Positions 1 through 9,684 of a stretch of DNA of 64,000 bases are shown here, one piece after another. Position numbers and translations under genes: made by a program. Origin of the DNA: Gemmatimonadota bacterium (lineage in GTDB: Bacteria; Gemmatimonadota; Gemmatimonadetes; Gemmatimonadales; GWC2-71-9); contig SHZU01000003.1 in assembly GCA_009692115.1 (NCBI GenBank), forward strand, positions 35,079 to 99,078. Reading direction: 5' to 3'. The first letter of the stretch is position 1. Each line of letters begins with the position of its first letter. Below the pieces are notes generated by a model that was given only the letters and a program-made list of their open reading frames with translations, did no database searches and was not told the DNA's origin.

Positions 1-249
1 GACCAGGTGGTCGACCGGGGCATCCTCACCGTCGCCCCGACCGCGGAAGGCCGAAAGTGGGATCTGTCGTGGCTCCGGCGGTGGCTCGACCGGCCCGACC
101 GGCCCCCAGCCCGGGCCGAATGGCGCTTGATCGAGGACTTTCCGGAGGCGCTTGAAGCGGCCTCCGCCGGCGCGGGGACGATCCTGGTCACTGGCTCCTT
201 CCATACCGTCGGGGATGTCCTGGCGGCCCGGGGTCTCGCCCCGATTTGA
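1..249 (+). CDS. folC: folylpolyglutamate synthase/dihydrofolate synthase, C-terminal fragment (5' end outside window)
   Basis: ORF open at the window edge in frame 1, stop TGA 247-249. The C-terminal ...GTILVTGSFHTVGDVLAARG resembles the conserved C-terminus of FolC/Mur-ligase family proteins. Confidence 0.55.
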   Translation, partial: DQVVDRGILTVAPTAEGRKWDLSWLRRWLDRPDRPPARAEWRLIEDFPEALEAASAGAGTILVTGSFHTVGDVLAARGLAPI

Positions 250-257
250 CCGGAACG

Positions 258-282
258 GGGGCCCTCGGCCCCGCTTATATTT
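258..282 (+). terminator. short GC hairpin plus T-rich tail after folC (alternatively contains a -10 for a leaderless hisS)
   Basis: GGGGCC-ctc-GGCCCC (258-272) followed by GCTTATATTT. Only 4 nt separate it from the hisS ATG. Confidence 0.3.
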
Positions 283-286
283 AGGC

Positions 287-1594
287 ATGTCGATTCAGGC
301 CCTTCCCGGTTTCCGTGATTTCTATCCCGACGAGCTTGCCATCCGGTCGCACGTGTTCGGTTCGATGCGGCGGGTGGCCCTGCGGTACGGGTTCCTGGAG
401 TATGATGGGCCGCCGCTCGAGTCGCTGGAGCTGTATACCCAAAAGAGCGGTGACGAGATCGTCGGCCAGCTTTATCATTTTCGCGACAAAGGCGAGCGGG
501 AGGTGGCGCTCCGGCCCGAGATGACGCCGACGTTGGCCCGGATGGTGGCCCCGAAGGCATCGTCGATGAAGAAGCCGATTCGGTGGTTCTCGATTCCCCA
601 ACTGTTCCGGTACGAACGCCAACAGCGCGGCCGGCTCAGGGAACACTTCCAACTCAATTGCGACTTGATCGGGGAGCCGGGGCCGGCGGCCGATGCCGAG
701 ATCATCGCGTTGGCCATTGACGTGATGCGGGATCTTGGCCTTGGGCCGGCGGACATTCGGGTCCGGGTGTTCGATCGGCGGGTACTGCAGGCCCTATTGG
801 AGAGCCTGGGTGTCCCGGCCGAGCACCTCGGTGTGGCCTACCAGGCCATCGACAAGATTGGTCGGCGCGAGTTCGCATCGCACAAGGAGAAGCTCGCCCA
901 AGTGGCGGCCTCAGTGGCCGCGTTGGATTTCGTGGAGCGCCACCGAGGCGTCACTCGGTGGGCGGAGATGGAAGCACTCCTCGCTCCGTACCCGGCGGTG
1001 CTGGAGGCCGCCGCGCCGCTCCGAGCCACGCTGGCGGCGTTGGAGGCGATGGGGCTCGGCGATTTCGTGGATCTTGACCTCACGATCGTTCGAGGCTTGG
1101 CCTATTACACCGGGACGGTGTTCGAACTGTTCGACGCTCAAGGAACCTTTCGAGCGATCTGCGGGGGCGGGCGGTACGACAATCTGCTCGCGGCGCTGGG
1201 CGGGGTTGACCTGCCGGCGCTCGGATTCGGGATGGGGGATGTGGTGCTGACCGAGCTGCTCCGGGATCGCGGGTTGCTGCCGGCGCCGGGGCCGAGCGCG
1301 GAGGTGTTCCTGGCGGCGGTCACGCCGGAGGACCGTCCGTTTGTCCTGGGTTTGGCCCATGAACTTCGGGACAGTGGCTTTCGAGTCGAGTACGCCTTGG
1401 TTGACCAAACGGTGGCCAAGCAGTTCAAGCTCGCCGACGCTCGGCGGGTCAAAGTCGTGATCGTCGTTGGGCCGGATGACCGAGCCCGCGGCGAGGTTGT
1501 GGTCAAGGATCTCACCGCCGGAGCCCAACGCGCGGTTCCTTGGGCCGGGGTCGTTTCGGCGCTTCGGGCGCTCGGTGCTGGCCCTCAGCCGTAA
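287..1594 (+). CDS. hisS: histidine--tRNA ligase
   Basis: ORF 152-1594 trimmed to ATG 287 (MSIQALPGFRDFYPDE...). Class II HisRS motifs are present (FRYERQQRGRLREHFQ, GGGRYDNL). 435 aa. Confidence 0.93.
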   Translation: MSIQALPGFRDFYPDELAIRSHVFGSMRRVALRYGFLEYDGPPLESLELYTQKSGDEIVGQLYHFRDKGEREVALRPEMTPTLARMVAPKASSMKKPIRWFSIPQLFRYERQQRGRLREHFQLNCDLIGEPGPAADAEIIALAIDVMRDLGLGPADIRVRVFDRRVLQALLESLGVPAEHLGVAYQAIDKIGRREFASHKEKLAQVAASVAALDFVERHRGVTRWAEMEALLAPYPAVLEAAAPLRATLAALEAMGLGDFVDLDLTIVRGLAYYTGTVFELFDAQGTFRAICGGGRYDNLLAALGGVDLPALGFGMGDVVLTELLRDRGLLPAPGPSAEVFLAAVTPEDRPFVLGLAHELRDSGFRVEYALVDQTVAKQFKLADARRVKVVIVVGPDDRARGEVVVKDLTAGAQRAVPWAGVVSALRALGAGPQP

Positions 1595-1626
1595 TTGTCA
1601 CCCTTCTAGGCAGAAACGACGGTTCG

Positions 1627-3078
1627 ATGTCGGACAACAAGGCACTACCTACCCGGGCCGCGGACTTCAGCGCCTGGTACAACGAACTCATCGCCCGGGC
1701 CGAACTGGCCGACTACAGTCCGGTCCGCGGCTGCATGGTTATTCGGCCGAATGGCTATGCGATCTGGGAGCAGATGCAGGCCGCGCTCGACAAGATGTTC
1801 AAGGACACCGGCCACCAGAACGCCTACTTCCCGTTGTTCATTCCCCAGAGTTTCCTGGCCAAGGAGGCGGAGCACGTCGAGGGCTTTTCGCCCGAGACCG
1901 CTGTCGTGACGCACGCCGGTGGCAAGGAGCTGGAGGAGCCGCTGGTGGTTCGGCCCACGTCCGAAACGATCGTCGGGGCGATGTACGCCAAATGGATTCA
2001 GAGCTATCGAGACTTGCCGGTGCTCTTGAACCAATGGTGCAACGTGGTGCGATGGGAGATGCGGACCCGGCTCTTTCTCCGGACCACTGAGTTTCTCTGG
2101 CAGGAAGGCCATACGGCGCACGCCACGGAGGCCGAGGCGGAGGCTGAAACCCTCCAGATGCTGGGCGTCTATCGGACGTTCCAGGAGCAGTACCTGGCGT
2201 TGCCGGTCATCACCGGCAGGAAAACCGATTCCGAACGGTTTGCCGGCGCGCTCCGCACCTATGCCCTCGAAGCGATGATGCAGGATCACAAGGCCCTGCA
2301 GATGGGCACCAGCCATAACCTTGGCCAGAACTTTGCCAAGGCGTTCGAGATCTCGTTTCAGACCGCTGAAGGCACGATCGATCATGTGTGGAGCACCTCG
2401 TGGGGTAGCTCAACTCGGATGATCGGGGGCATGATCATGGCCCACAGCGATGACGCCGGATTTGTCTGCCCGCCCCGGTTGGCGCAGTGGCAGGCCGTGA
2501 TTGTCCCGATCTACAAGACCGATGCGGAGCGCGGTACCATCCTGGAGGCCGCGAACCGGGTGGCCGTCGACCTGCGGGCCGGAGGGATCAGGGTTCATGT
2601 CGATGGTCGCGAAGGGATGAAGCCGGGGGCCAAGTACTATGAGTGGGAGGGGCGAGGGGTTCCATTTCGGCTCGAGATCGGTCCCCGAGATCTCGCCTCC
2701 GGCACGGTGATGCTGGCCCGGCGGACCGGCGGCCCGAAGACGTCCTTGCCGATGGTCGGCCTCGCCGCCGCCCTGGCCCTCGAAGTCGAGGCCATGCAGG
2801 TGGCGCTGTTCGAGGCCTCCAAGGCCCGGCGGGAGGCCCATTCGCTCCGCCATCCGAAGAGCAAACAAGAGTTCATCGATTTCATCGAAGGGAACGGTGG
2901 GTTCGTCTACGCCGGTTGGTGCGGCGATCCGGCGGTCGAAGCAGAAATCAAGGAGGCCACCAAGGCCACGATCCGGGTGATTCCTGATCCGGAGTTCCTC
3001 CAGGGCGAGTCGCCGAAGACCTGCATTTGGACCGGACGGCCCGCGGTCGCCGAGGTCATCTGGGCTCGGGCGTACTAG
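1627..3078 (+). CDS. proS: proline--tRNA ligase, archaeal/eukaryote-like type (no INS editing domain)
   Basis: ORF 1540-3078 trimmed to ATG 1627 (MSDNKALPTRAADFSAWYNELI...). 483 aa, ending in the conserved C-terminal Tyr (...WARAY). Confidence 0.93.
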   Translation: MSDNKALPTRAADFSAWYNELIARAELADYSPVRGCMVIRPNGYAIWEQMQAALDKMFKDTGHQNAYFPLFIPQSFLAKEAEHVEGFSPETAVVTHAGGKELEEPLVVRPTSETIVGAMYAKWIQSYRDLPVLLNQWCNVVRWEMRTRLFLRTTEFLWQEGHTAHATEAEAEAETLQMLGVYRTFQEQYLALPVITGRKTDSERFAGALRTYALEAMMQDHKALQMGTSHNLGQNFAKAFEISFQTAEGTIDHVWSTSWGSSTRMIGGMIMAHSDDAGFVCPPRLAQWQAVIVPIYKTDAERGTILEAANRVAVDLRAGGIRVHVDGREGMKPGAKYYEWEGRGVPFRLEIGPRDLASGTVMLARRTGGPKTSLPMVGLAAALALEVEAMQVALFEASKARREAHSLRHPKSKQEFIDFIEGNGGFVYAGWCGDPAVEAEIKEATKATIRVIPDPEFLQGESPKTCIWTGRPAVAEVIWARAY

Positions 3079-4407
3079 ATGGGCCAAGCGGTGGTAGGCC
3101 CCGGGGGCTCTGCGGTCGATCCGCGCGAGTTGTTTCGCGATGCGGGGCTCGAGCGGGGACCCGATGGACTGCTGCGGATGGGCGGGGTGTCCCTCGAGGC
3201 GGTCCTCCGGGATGTCGGATCGCCGGCGTACGTCTACAACGGCGGAGCGATTCGCGAGCAGTACCAGGCCATCGCCTCGGCATTTGCCGGGACCCCGCAC
3301 CAGGTTCACTTCGCCGTCAAGTCGAACAGCAGTCTGGCCGTGCTCAAGATTCTCAAGGATCTCGGCGCCGGAGCCGACATCGTGTCCGGTGGAGAGCTCC
3401 GGCTGGTCACCCGGGTTGGCTTCGATCCGAAGCGGGTCGTCTTTAGCGGGGTCGGGAAGACCGACGCCGAACTGGAAGCGGCCATCAGTTGCCGGATCGG
3501 CGGTATCAACATCGAGTCGGGGGAAGAACTGACGGCCCTCGAACGCATTGTCGGTCGGCGGTCGGTGGACTATCCGATTCGGCTCGGGATCCGGGTCAAT
3601 CCGGATGTCGCGGCCGATGCCCACCCGTATATCACCACGGGAGCAGGTGGCAACAAATTCGGGGTTCCCACTGAGCAGGTTCTTGGGCTGGCGCGCCGGA
3701 TTGCCGGCAATCCCCGGTTCACGCTGGTCAGCCTTGCCATGCACCTCGGGAGCCAGTTGCTCGATCCAGCCCCGTTTGCCGATGGGGCAACCAAGCTCAT
3801 CAGGTTGATCGACGACATCGCGGCCCTCGGGATTCGCTCGATTGAAGCAGTCGATGTCGGAGGCGGACTCGGGATTCGCTACCGGGACGAAACACCCCTC
3901 AAGCCTCGCCAATTGTCTGAAGTGTTGACGCCGATCATTGCGGGGCGGGGCCTGACGCTCCATCTCGAGCCGGGCCGTTTTGTGACCGGCAGCGCCGGCG
4001 TGCTGTTGACCAAAGTGCTCTATCGGAAGCGCTCGGGCGGCAAGGACTTCGTGGTGGTCGATGCCTCGATGACCGATCTGGTTCGCCCCAGTCACTACCA
4101 CGCCTACCACGAGATCACCGAGGTGGTGGCTCGAGGCCGGCCGGTTCAGACGGTCGATATCGTCGGCCCGGTCTGCGAAACGGGCGACTTCTTGGCGTTG
4201 GACCGGCCGCTCCCCGGTGTCGAAACCGGCGATCATCTGGCCATTCTCTGTGCCGGCGCCTACGGGTCGGTCATGGCCTCGAACTACAATAGCAGACTCC
4301 GGGCGCCCGAAGTCCTCATTGATCGCGGACGTTATGGAGTCACCCGCGTTCGGGAGACCCTGGAGGACTTGCTCCGGGGCGAAACCGACGATCCCTTCCA
4401 CCGCTGA
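3079..4407 (+). CDS. lysA: diaminopimelate decarboxylase
   Basis: Starts immediately after the proS stop. PLP-decarboxylase motifs HFAVKSN, DVGGGLGIRY and GPVCETGD. Confidence 0.9.
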   Translation: MGQAVVGPGGSAVDPRELFRDAGLERGPDGLLRMGGVSLEAVLRDVGSPAYVYNGGAIREQYQAIASAFAGTPHQVHFAVKSNSSLAVLKILKDLGAGADIVSGGELRLVTRVGFDPKRVVFSGVGKTDAELEAAISCRIGGINIESGEELTALERIVGRRSVDYPIRLGIRVNPDVAADAHPYITTGAGGNKFGVPTEQVLGLARRIAGNPRFTLVSLAMHLGSQLLDPAPFADGATKLIRLIDDIAALGIRSIEAVDVGGGLGIRYRDETPLKPRQLSEVLTPIIAGRGLTLHLEPGRFVTGSAGVLLTKVLYRKRSGGKDFVVVDASMTDLVRPSHYHAYHEITEVVARGRPVQTVDIVGPVCETGDFLALDRPLPGVETGDHLAILCAGAYGSVMASNYNSRLRAPEVLIDRGRYGVTRVRETLEDLLRGETDDPFHR

Positions 4408-4413
4408 AAGCCT

Positions 4414-5964
4414 GTGACCAAGAACGCTATCCTGATCATCGACTACGGCTCTCAGTTCACGCAACTCATTGCCCGACGAGTTCGTGAGGCGCATGTCTAC
4501 TGCGAGATCCACCCGCCGACCCGATCGCTCGAGTGGATCCGGGAGTGGGGTCCGACAGGCATCATTTTGTCCGGGGGGCCGAACTCGGTCTATGACGAAG
4601 GAGCACCCACCGCGCCCGCTGAGTTGCTGAACCTCGGCGTACCGGTCCTCGGTCTGTGCTACGGGATGTACCTCGTGGCCCAGATGGCGGGGGGTACGGT
4701 GGTGGCCGCCGGCCGGCGCGAGTATGGGCGGGCCCAAGTGTCGGTTCGCGGGGGCCGGCTGTTCCGGGGCTTCGATTCGGGCGAGACGACAACGGTCTGG
4801 ATGAGTCACGGCGACCGGGTCGAGAACGTACCGCCCGGCTACCGTGTCACCGCCTCGAGCGAAAACTGCCCGATCGCGGGGATCGAGCACGAGACGTTGC
4901 CCCTGATGGCGGTCCAGTTTCATCCCGAGGTCGCTCACACCGTTCGGGGCGGGGAAATCATCAACGCGTTCTTGTTCGATGTGTGCGGTGCCGTGGCGGA
5001 TTGGACGCCCGCGCACTTCATTGAAACGGAAATCGCCAAGATCCAGGCCCAGGTTGGTCCGACGACCCGGGTCATTTGCGGCTTGTCCGGTGGGGTCGAC
5101 TCCGCCGTGGCAGCGGCCCTGGTGCACCGCGCCGTGGGGAACCGGCTCACCTGCATCTTCGTCGATCACGGCCTGCTCAGGCTCCATGAGCGGGAGCAGG
5201 TCGAGGTGACGTTTCGCCGGCACCTCGGAATCGATCTCAGGGTGGTCGATGCCAGCGATCAGTTCCTCAGCCTCCTCGCCGGGGTCACCGATCCGGAGCG
5301 GAAGCGGACGATCATTGGACATACCTTCATCGATGTGTTCGAAGCCGCGGCCAAAGTCGTGGGCGACGATGTGGGTTTCTTGGTGCAGGGCACCCTCTAT
5401 CCCGATGTGATCGAGTCGTTCTCGCCTCGGGGCGGGCCGTCGGTCACCATCAAGACCCACCACAATGTCGGGGGCCTGCCGGAGCGATTGCCTTTCAAGC
5501 TGATCGAACCCCTTCGCGAACTCTTCAAGGACGAGGTCCGGGCGGTTGGCCGCGACCTCGGCCTCCCCGAGGAGATCGTCGGACGTCACCCGTTCCCGGG
5601 TCCCGGACTCGCCATCCGGATTCTCGGTGACATCACCCGGGAGTCACTCGAGACCCTCCGCAAAGCCGATGCGATTTACTTGGAGGAGATCCGGTCGGCG
5701 GGGTTGTACGACGAGATCTGGCAGGCGTTCGCGGTCCTGCTGCCGATTCGTTCGGTGGGCGTCATGGGCGACGGCCGGACCTACGATCAAGTCATCGCCC
5801 TCCGGGCGGTCACCAGCCGGGACGGGATGACGGCCGACTGGTACCCGTTTCCGCCCGAGGTTATGGGACTGATGTCAAATCGGATCGCCAATGAGGTGCG
5901 GGGGGTCAATCGGGTCGTCTACGATGTCAGCTCGAAGCCGCCGGCCACGATTGAGTGGGAGTGA
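4414..5964 (+). CDS. guaA: GMP synthase (glutamine-hydrolysing)
   Basis: GTG start. N-terminal GATase (GLCYGMY), PP-loop SGGVDS, canonical C-terminus ...KPPATIEWE. 516 aa. Confidence 0.95.
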   Translation: MTKNAILIIDYGSQFTQLIARRVREAHVYCEIHPPTRSLEWIREWGPTGIILSGGPNSVYDEGAPTAPAELLNLGVPVLGLCYGMYLVAQMAGGTVVAAGRREYGRAQVSVRGGRLFRGFDSGETTTVWMSHGDRVENVPPGYRVTASSENCPIAGIEHETLPLMAVQFHPEVAHTVRGGEIINAFLFDVCGAVADWTPAHFIETEIAKIQAQVGPTTRVICGLSGGVDSAVAAALVHRAVGNRLTCIFVDHGLLRLHEREQVEVTFRRHLGIDLRVVDASDQFLSLLAGVTDPERKRTIIGHTFIDVFEAAAKVVGDDVGFLVQGTLYPDVIESFSPRGGPSVTIKTHHNVGGLPERLPFKLIEPLRELFKDEVRAVGRDLGLPEEIVGRHPFPGPGLAIRILGDITRESLETLRKADAIYLEEIRSAGLYDEIWQAFAVLLPIRSVGVMGDGRTYDQVIALRAVTSRDGMTADWYPFPPEVMGLMSNRIANEVRGVNRVVYDVSSKPPATIEWE

Positions 5965-6336
5965 TTCATCCGGCTCGTTGATCGAGTAGCCGGAAAAATG
6001 ATCGACCGTTTCCAGACGCGCCAATCGGTCGGGCGGGTCGGGTTCCTTGACCAATTGGGCGATCTGCGCGAGTACCGCCAAGTATTGGTTGGTCACTTCC
6101 GTCGGTGGTGCCGCGATCAAGAAGAGGCTGGTCACTGGTCGGCGGTCGATGGCGTCGTACTCGATTCCGGTCCGGAGCCGTCCAAAGGCGAGCCGGAGCC
6201 GGCTCACGGCCAATGATCGGCAATGCGGCACCGCCACTCCCCGCCCAATCCCCGTCGAACCAAGTTGCTCTCGCCGCTGGATCAGGCGGAGCAATGTATG
6301 CTGGGCGCAGTCATCGACCCGGAGAAGCCGGACCAT
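5875..6336 (-). CDS. PTS EIIA type-2 (PtsN-like nitrogen regulatory) protein; N-terminus uncertain
   Basis: [15 protein letters not shown] active-site His context of EIIA(Ntr/Fru/Mtl). Family-like sequence ([24 protein letters not shown]) continues upstream of the first ATG, up to a stop at 6430-6432, without any ATG/GTG/TTG. The 3' end overlaps guaA by 90 nt. Confidence 0.65.
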   Translation of the reverse strand: MVRLLRVDDCAQHTLLRLIQRREQLGSTGIGRGVAVPHCRSLAVSRLRLAFGRLRTGIEYDAIDRRPVTSLFLIAAPPTEVTNQYLAVLAQIAQLVKEPDPPDRLARLETVDHFSGYSINEPDESLPLNRGRRLRADIVDDPIDPPHLIGDPI

Positions 6337-6522
6337 CTCGGCAAAGACCTCGTCCTTGGTTGCGCCCGTGAGTTCCAGGTCAATTGACCCCGGGTCGAAG
6401 TAATCGCGAAGCTGGATAGGGCGGGAAGTTTACGGCGCTCCTCTGGAAAACTCAAACGGGATTCGCGACGGCTTTAACTTGCGGGGTTGGCCTCTCTAGG
6501 GTTCTGCAAGTAGCTTTCGGGT

Positions 6523-7506
6523 ATGCGGTTACCGTATGCCCCCGGAATCGAAATCCCCCTCATTCTGGCCCCGATGGCCGGGGTGTCGGAGGGGCCGTTC
6601 CGGCAAATATGTCGGAGCCTCGGGGCCGACGTGCTGATGACTGAGTTCCTGGCTGCCGAAGCCATCCGGCGGGGCATTCAAAAGACCCTTGAAGGATGCG
6701 AGTTCGGCGAATCGGAACGGCCGCTCGGCGTCCAGATCTACGGTGCGGATGCCGAGGCCATGGGCCGGGCGGCCGCCATCGTCACCGACGTATACCACCC
6801 GACGTTCATTGACATCAATTTCGGCTGTCCGGTCAAGAAGGTCGTGCAGCGGAACGGCGGCTCGGGCTGTCTCCGCGACCTCAACCTCGTGAGCCAGATC
6901 ATCCGGGCCGTGGTCGCGGCCACCCACCTGCCGGTGACGGTTAAAACCCGGAGCGGATGGAGCGAGGATACCAGGAGCCCGGTGGACATCGCCCTTCGGA
7001 TGCAGGATGCCGGCGCCAAAGCGTTCACCCTTCACGCGCGGACCCGGACCCAGATGTTTACCGGGAAGGCGAGCTGGGATGAGATCGCCAAGGTGGTGGA
7101 GGCGCTCGACATCCCGGTCATCGGGAACGGCGATATCGAAACGCCTGAAGACGTGATCCGGATGCGGGTCCATACCGGATGCGCCGGGGTGATGATCGGC
7201 CGAGGGTCTTTCGGGAACCCGTGGATCTTTCGGGAAAGCCGGGCTCTTCTCGACGGCACCCACCGGCCGCCCCATCCGGGTCCGCAAGAACGGTTTGCCG
7301 TGGCGCTTGAACACGCGGCGCTCGCCCTCCGGTTGCAGGGCGACCACCGCAAGACCGTGATCGAGTTCCGCAAACACCTCGGCTGGTACGCCAAGGGGTT
7401 ACCGCAGGCCAGCGCGCTCCGGGAAAAGCTCTTCCAGGTCGAGACGATGACGGCGGCCCAGGCCATCTTTCAAGACTATCTCGAGACCCGACCGGTCTCA
7501 GTGTGA
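6523..7506 (+). CDS. dus: tRNA-dihydrouridine synthase
   Basis: Dus family motifs ILAPMAGVSEGPFR and DINFGCPVKKV. 327 aa. Confidence 0.9.
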   Translation: MRLPYAPGIEIPLILAPMAGVSEGPFRQICRSLGADVLMTEFLAAEAIRRGIQKTLEGCEFGESERPLGVQIYGADAEAMGRAAAIVTDVYHPTFIDINFGCPVKKVVQRNGGSGCLRDLNLVSQIIRAVVAATHLPVTVKTRSGWSEDTRSPVDIALRMQDAGAKAFTLHARTRTQMFTGKASWDEIAKVVEALDIPVIGNGDIETPEDVIRMRVHTGCAGVMIGRGSFGNPWIFRESRALLDGTHRPPHPGPQERFAVALEHAALALRLQGDHRKTVIEFRKHLGWYAKGLPQASALREKLFQVETMTAAQAIFQDYLETRPVSV

Positions 7507-8258
7507 AGGCGCAACTCGCCGAGTGGCTCGCCTCGGTTGCGGATGGTTCGCTCAGCGTTTCCGACGCGCTGGAGCGGCTCCGCCATTTTCCCGGAGAGGA
7601 CATCGGCCTGGCCAAGGTGGACCATCACCGAAGCCTCCGGTACGGCCATCCTGAGGTGGTGCTGGCCAGCCACAAGACCGTGGCTCAGCTGATCGCCATC
7701 ACTGAACGATTGGAAGCGGTCAGCGGTTCTTTCCTCTGCACCAGGGTTACCGGCGAACAGGCGCGGGCCCTCGCCGACCGATTCCCCGGCGTCAGGCTGC
7801 ATCTTGAAGGTCGAACCGCATGGCTCGCCCCGGCAACTCCAGTGCCGATCTTGGGCACGGTCGCCGTGGTCACGGCCGGGACGAGCGACATCCCCGTGGC
7901 CGAGGAAGCCGCTGTAGTTGCGGAAGCCTTCGGCGCCGTGGTGACCCGGGTATTTGACGCGGGGGTTGCCGGTCTCCACCGCATCTTGTCGGCCAGGCCG
8001 GAGATCGACCGGGCCGACGTCGTCATCGTCGTGGCCGGGATGGAGGGTGCCTTGCCCAGTGTCGTCGGAGGCTTGGTGGGCCAGCCGGTGATTGCGGTAC
8101 CCACGAGCGTCGGGTATGGCGCCTCGTTCAACGGGCTCGCCGCCTTGCTTGGCATGCTCAACTCCTGTGCGGAAGGCGTGACGGTCGTCAATATCGACAA
8201 TGGCTTTGGGGCCGCCGCGGCCGCCGCAAGGATCCTTCGCTTGGCCCGAAAGGAATAA
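7503..8258 (+). CDS. larB: nickel-pincer cofactor biosynthesis protein LarB (PurE-like pyridinium-3,5-biscarboxylic acid mononucleotide synthase)
   Basis: GTG start in a GTGA overlap with the dus stop. PurE-like C-domain with VVTAGTSDIPVAEEAA and VVAGMEGALPSVVGG, typical of LarB/COG1691. Confidence 0.78.
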   Translation: MKAQLAEWLASVADGSLSVSDALERLRHFPGEDIGLAKVDHHRSLRYGHPEVVLASHKTVAQLIAITERLEAVSGSFLCTRVTGEQARALADRFPGVRLHLEGRTAWLAPATPVPILGTVAVVTAGTSDIPVAEEAAVVAEAFGAVVTRVFDAGVAGLHRILSARPEIDRADVVIVVAGMEGALPSVVGGLVGQPVIAVPTSVGYGASFNGLAALLGMLNSCAEGVTVVNIDNGFGAAAAAARILRLARKE

Positions 8259-8261
8259 CCC

Positions 8262-9188
8262 ATGCGCCAGACGGTGGTTCATACCGGCGCACCGAGTTTC
8301 ACCTGGATCGACCTGGTGGCCCCGGACCGGGCCGAGTTGTCGGCCTTGGCTACCGAGTTCGGTTTTCACCACACGTCGGTTGAGGATTGCCTCGACCCGT
8401 GGCGTTTGCCCAAGCATGAGCGGATCGGCGACACGACCTTCGTGATCTTGCGGGTGTTCGATGCCGGGTGCTCTCCCGAGGCATCGAGCGTGCAGGAGAC
8501 CACCCGAAAAATCGCCGTGTTCTACCGGGCGGGCCTCGTGGTAACCGTTCATCGAGCCGATCTCGCCGTGGTTCAGGCGGCGCGGACCCGATTTGGGGCC
8601 GACGTCAAGGATCTGTGCACGGAAACCGCCGTGCTCGGCGCCCTGTTCAATGGCGCCCTGGATTCCTTCGACGCCCCGCTCGACCAGGCGGAGGTCGTGG
8701 CGGGCGAGTTCGAGGATGCGGTCCTCGATGAGACCAAGCGCTCGCCGAATCTCACGGCGATCCACAACTTGAAGCGACGAGTCAATGTTATCAAGCGGGT
8801 GCTGTGGCAAACCAATACGGTGGTCCAACGGTTGGTCCCGCCCCAGGAGCGGACCGGCGCCGTGTTTCAGGATGTCAAGGAGAACGCCGAGAGCTACTAC
8901 TTCTACGCCGACCAGCTGCTGGAGGAGATCAACAACCTGATCAGCATCCACGTGGCGCTCTCGAGCCATCGAACCAATGAAGTGATGCGGGTCCTGACCG
9001 TGTTCTCGGCATTCTTCCTGCCCCTGACGTTCATCGTGGGTGTTTATGGGATGAACTTCCGCTTCATGCCTGGATTGGAGCGCTGGTGGGGGTACCCAGC
9101 GATTTTAGCCCTCATGGCTGGGGTCTGCGTCGCCATCGCCTTGTGGTTTCGGAAGCGGGGGTGGCTCGGCGGCAATCCTCAGGCGTAA
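8262..9188 (+). CDS. corA: CorA-family divalent cation (Mg/Co/Ni) transporter
   Basis: AGGA RBS 3 nt after the larB stop. Two C-terminal TM helices with a YGMNF (GMN) motif. Confidence 0.85.
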   Translation: MRQTVVHTGAPSFTWIDLVAPDRAELSALATEFGFHHTSVEDCLDPWRLPKHERIGDTTFVILRVFDAGCSPEASSVQETTRKIAVFYRAGLVVTVHRADLAVVQAARTRFGADVKDLCTETAVLGALFNGALDSFDAPLDQAEVVAGEFEDAVLDETKRSPNLTAIHNLKRRVNVIKRVLWQTNTVVQRLVPPQERTGAVFQDVKENAESYYFYADQLLEEINNLISIHVALSSHRTNEVMRVLTVFSAFFLPLTFIVGVYGMNFRFMPGLERWWGYPAILALMAGVCVAIALWFRKRGWLGGNPQA

Positions 9189-9236
9189 GCCGTTGAGGAG
9201 CAATGAGTTAGGCGCTTGGTAGCCGGGCCGATCCTC

Positions 9237-9265
9237 TTGTCAAGCCGGGGGCGGGTCGTTATGAT
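9237..9265 (+). promoter_or_regulatory. sigma70-type promoter of tmRNA
   Basis: TTGTCA (9237-9242), 17 nt spacer, TATGAT (9260-9265), 11 nt upstream of the predicted mature tmRNA 5' end. Confidence 0.55.
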
Positions 9266-9276
9266 GGATGCACCCG

Positions 9277-9635
9277 GGGGGCGACTGGCTTCGACGGGTC
9301 AGGAGAATGTGGAGACGCGTGCCCAGGACCAGGCCCTGGTAAAACACTTGGAAAATTTTATCTGCCAACTCTAACTTGGCATTGGCTGCGTAAGCTGAGC
9401 TAAGCTCGCTTACCGCACCACCGGAGAAGGGAGCCTGCCTGGGGCGCCTCAACCGGACCGCAAATTCAGGCTGGCTCGTGGCGGCGTCCTCACGTCCCGA
9501 GTAAGAAAACGAGGGCTCGGCTCGACGAAGGATGGCCGGTAGCCGGCGTCGGACTAGCGCACGAAGATCGGCCTACGCACGTAGTGGCTTTGCTGGATGC
9601 TGATTCGGACCAGGGTTCGATTCCCTGCGCCTCCA
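9277..9635 (+). ncRNA. ssrA: tmRNA (transfer-messenger RNA, SsrA)
   Basis: - 5' GGGGGCGACTGGCTTCGACGGG.
- 3' T-arm CAGGGTTCGATTCCCTG, then GCGCCTCCA.
- Acceptor stem with a G3:U pair.
- Tag ORF GCC AAC TCT AAC TTG GCA TTG GCT GCG TAA (9364-9393) encodes ANSNLALAA.
- Terminal CCA is not encoded. Confidence 0.92.
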
Positions 9636-9641
9636 TTGGAT

Positions 9642-9684
9642 AAAGGACCGGCCTTCCCTCGGGAAGTCCGGTCCTTTGTTTTCT
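9642..9684 (+). terminator. rho-independent terminator of tmRNA
   Basis: AAAGGACCGG-C-CTTCCC-tc-GGGAAG-T-CCGGTCCTTT long hairpin followed by GTTTTCT. Confidence 0.75.

Noticed and set aside
2410-5589. A 1059-aa ORF on the minus strand spanning proS, lysA and guaA.
   Set aside because: It lies antisense to three strongly supported genes. Its composition is Arg/Pro/Gly/Asp-rich with no motifs. Long stop-free antisense frames are expected in high-GC coding DNA.
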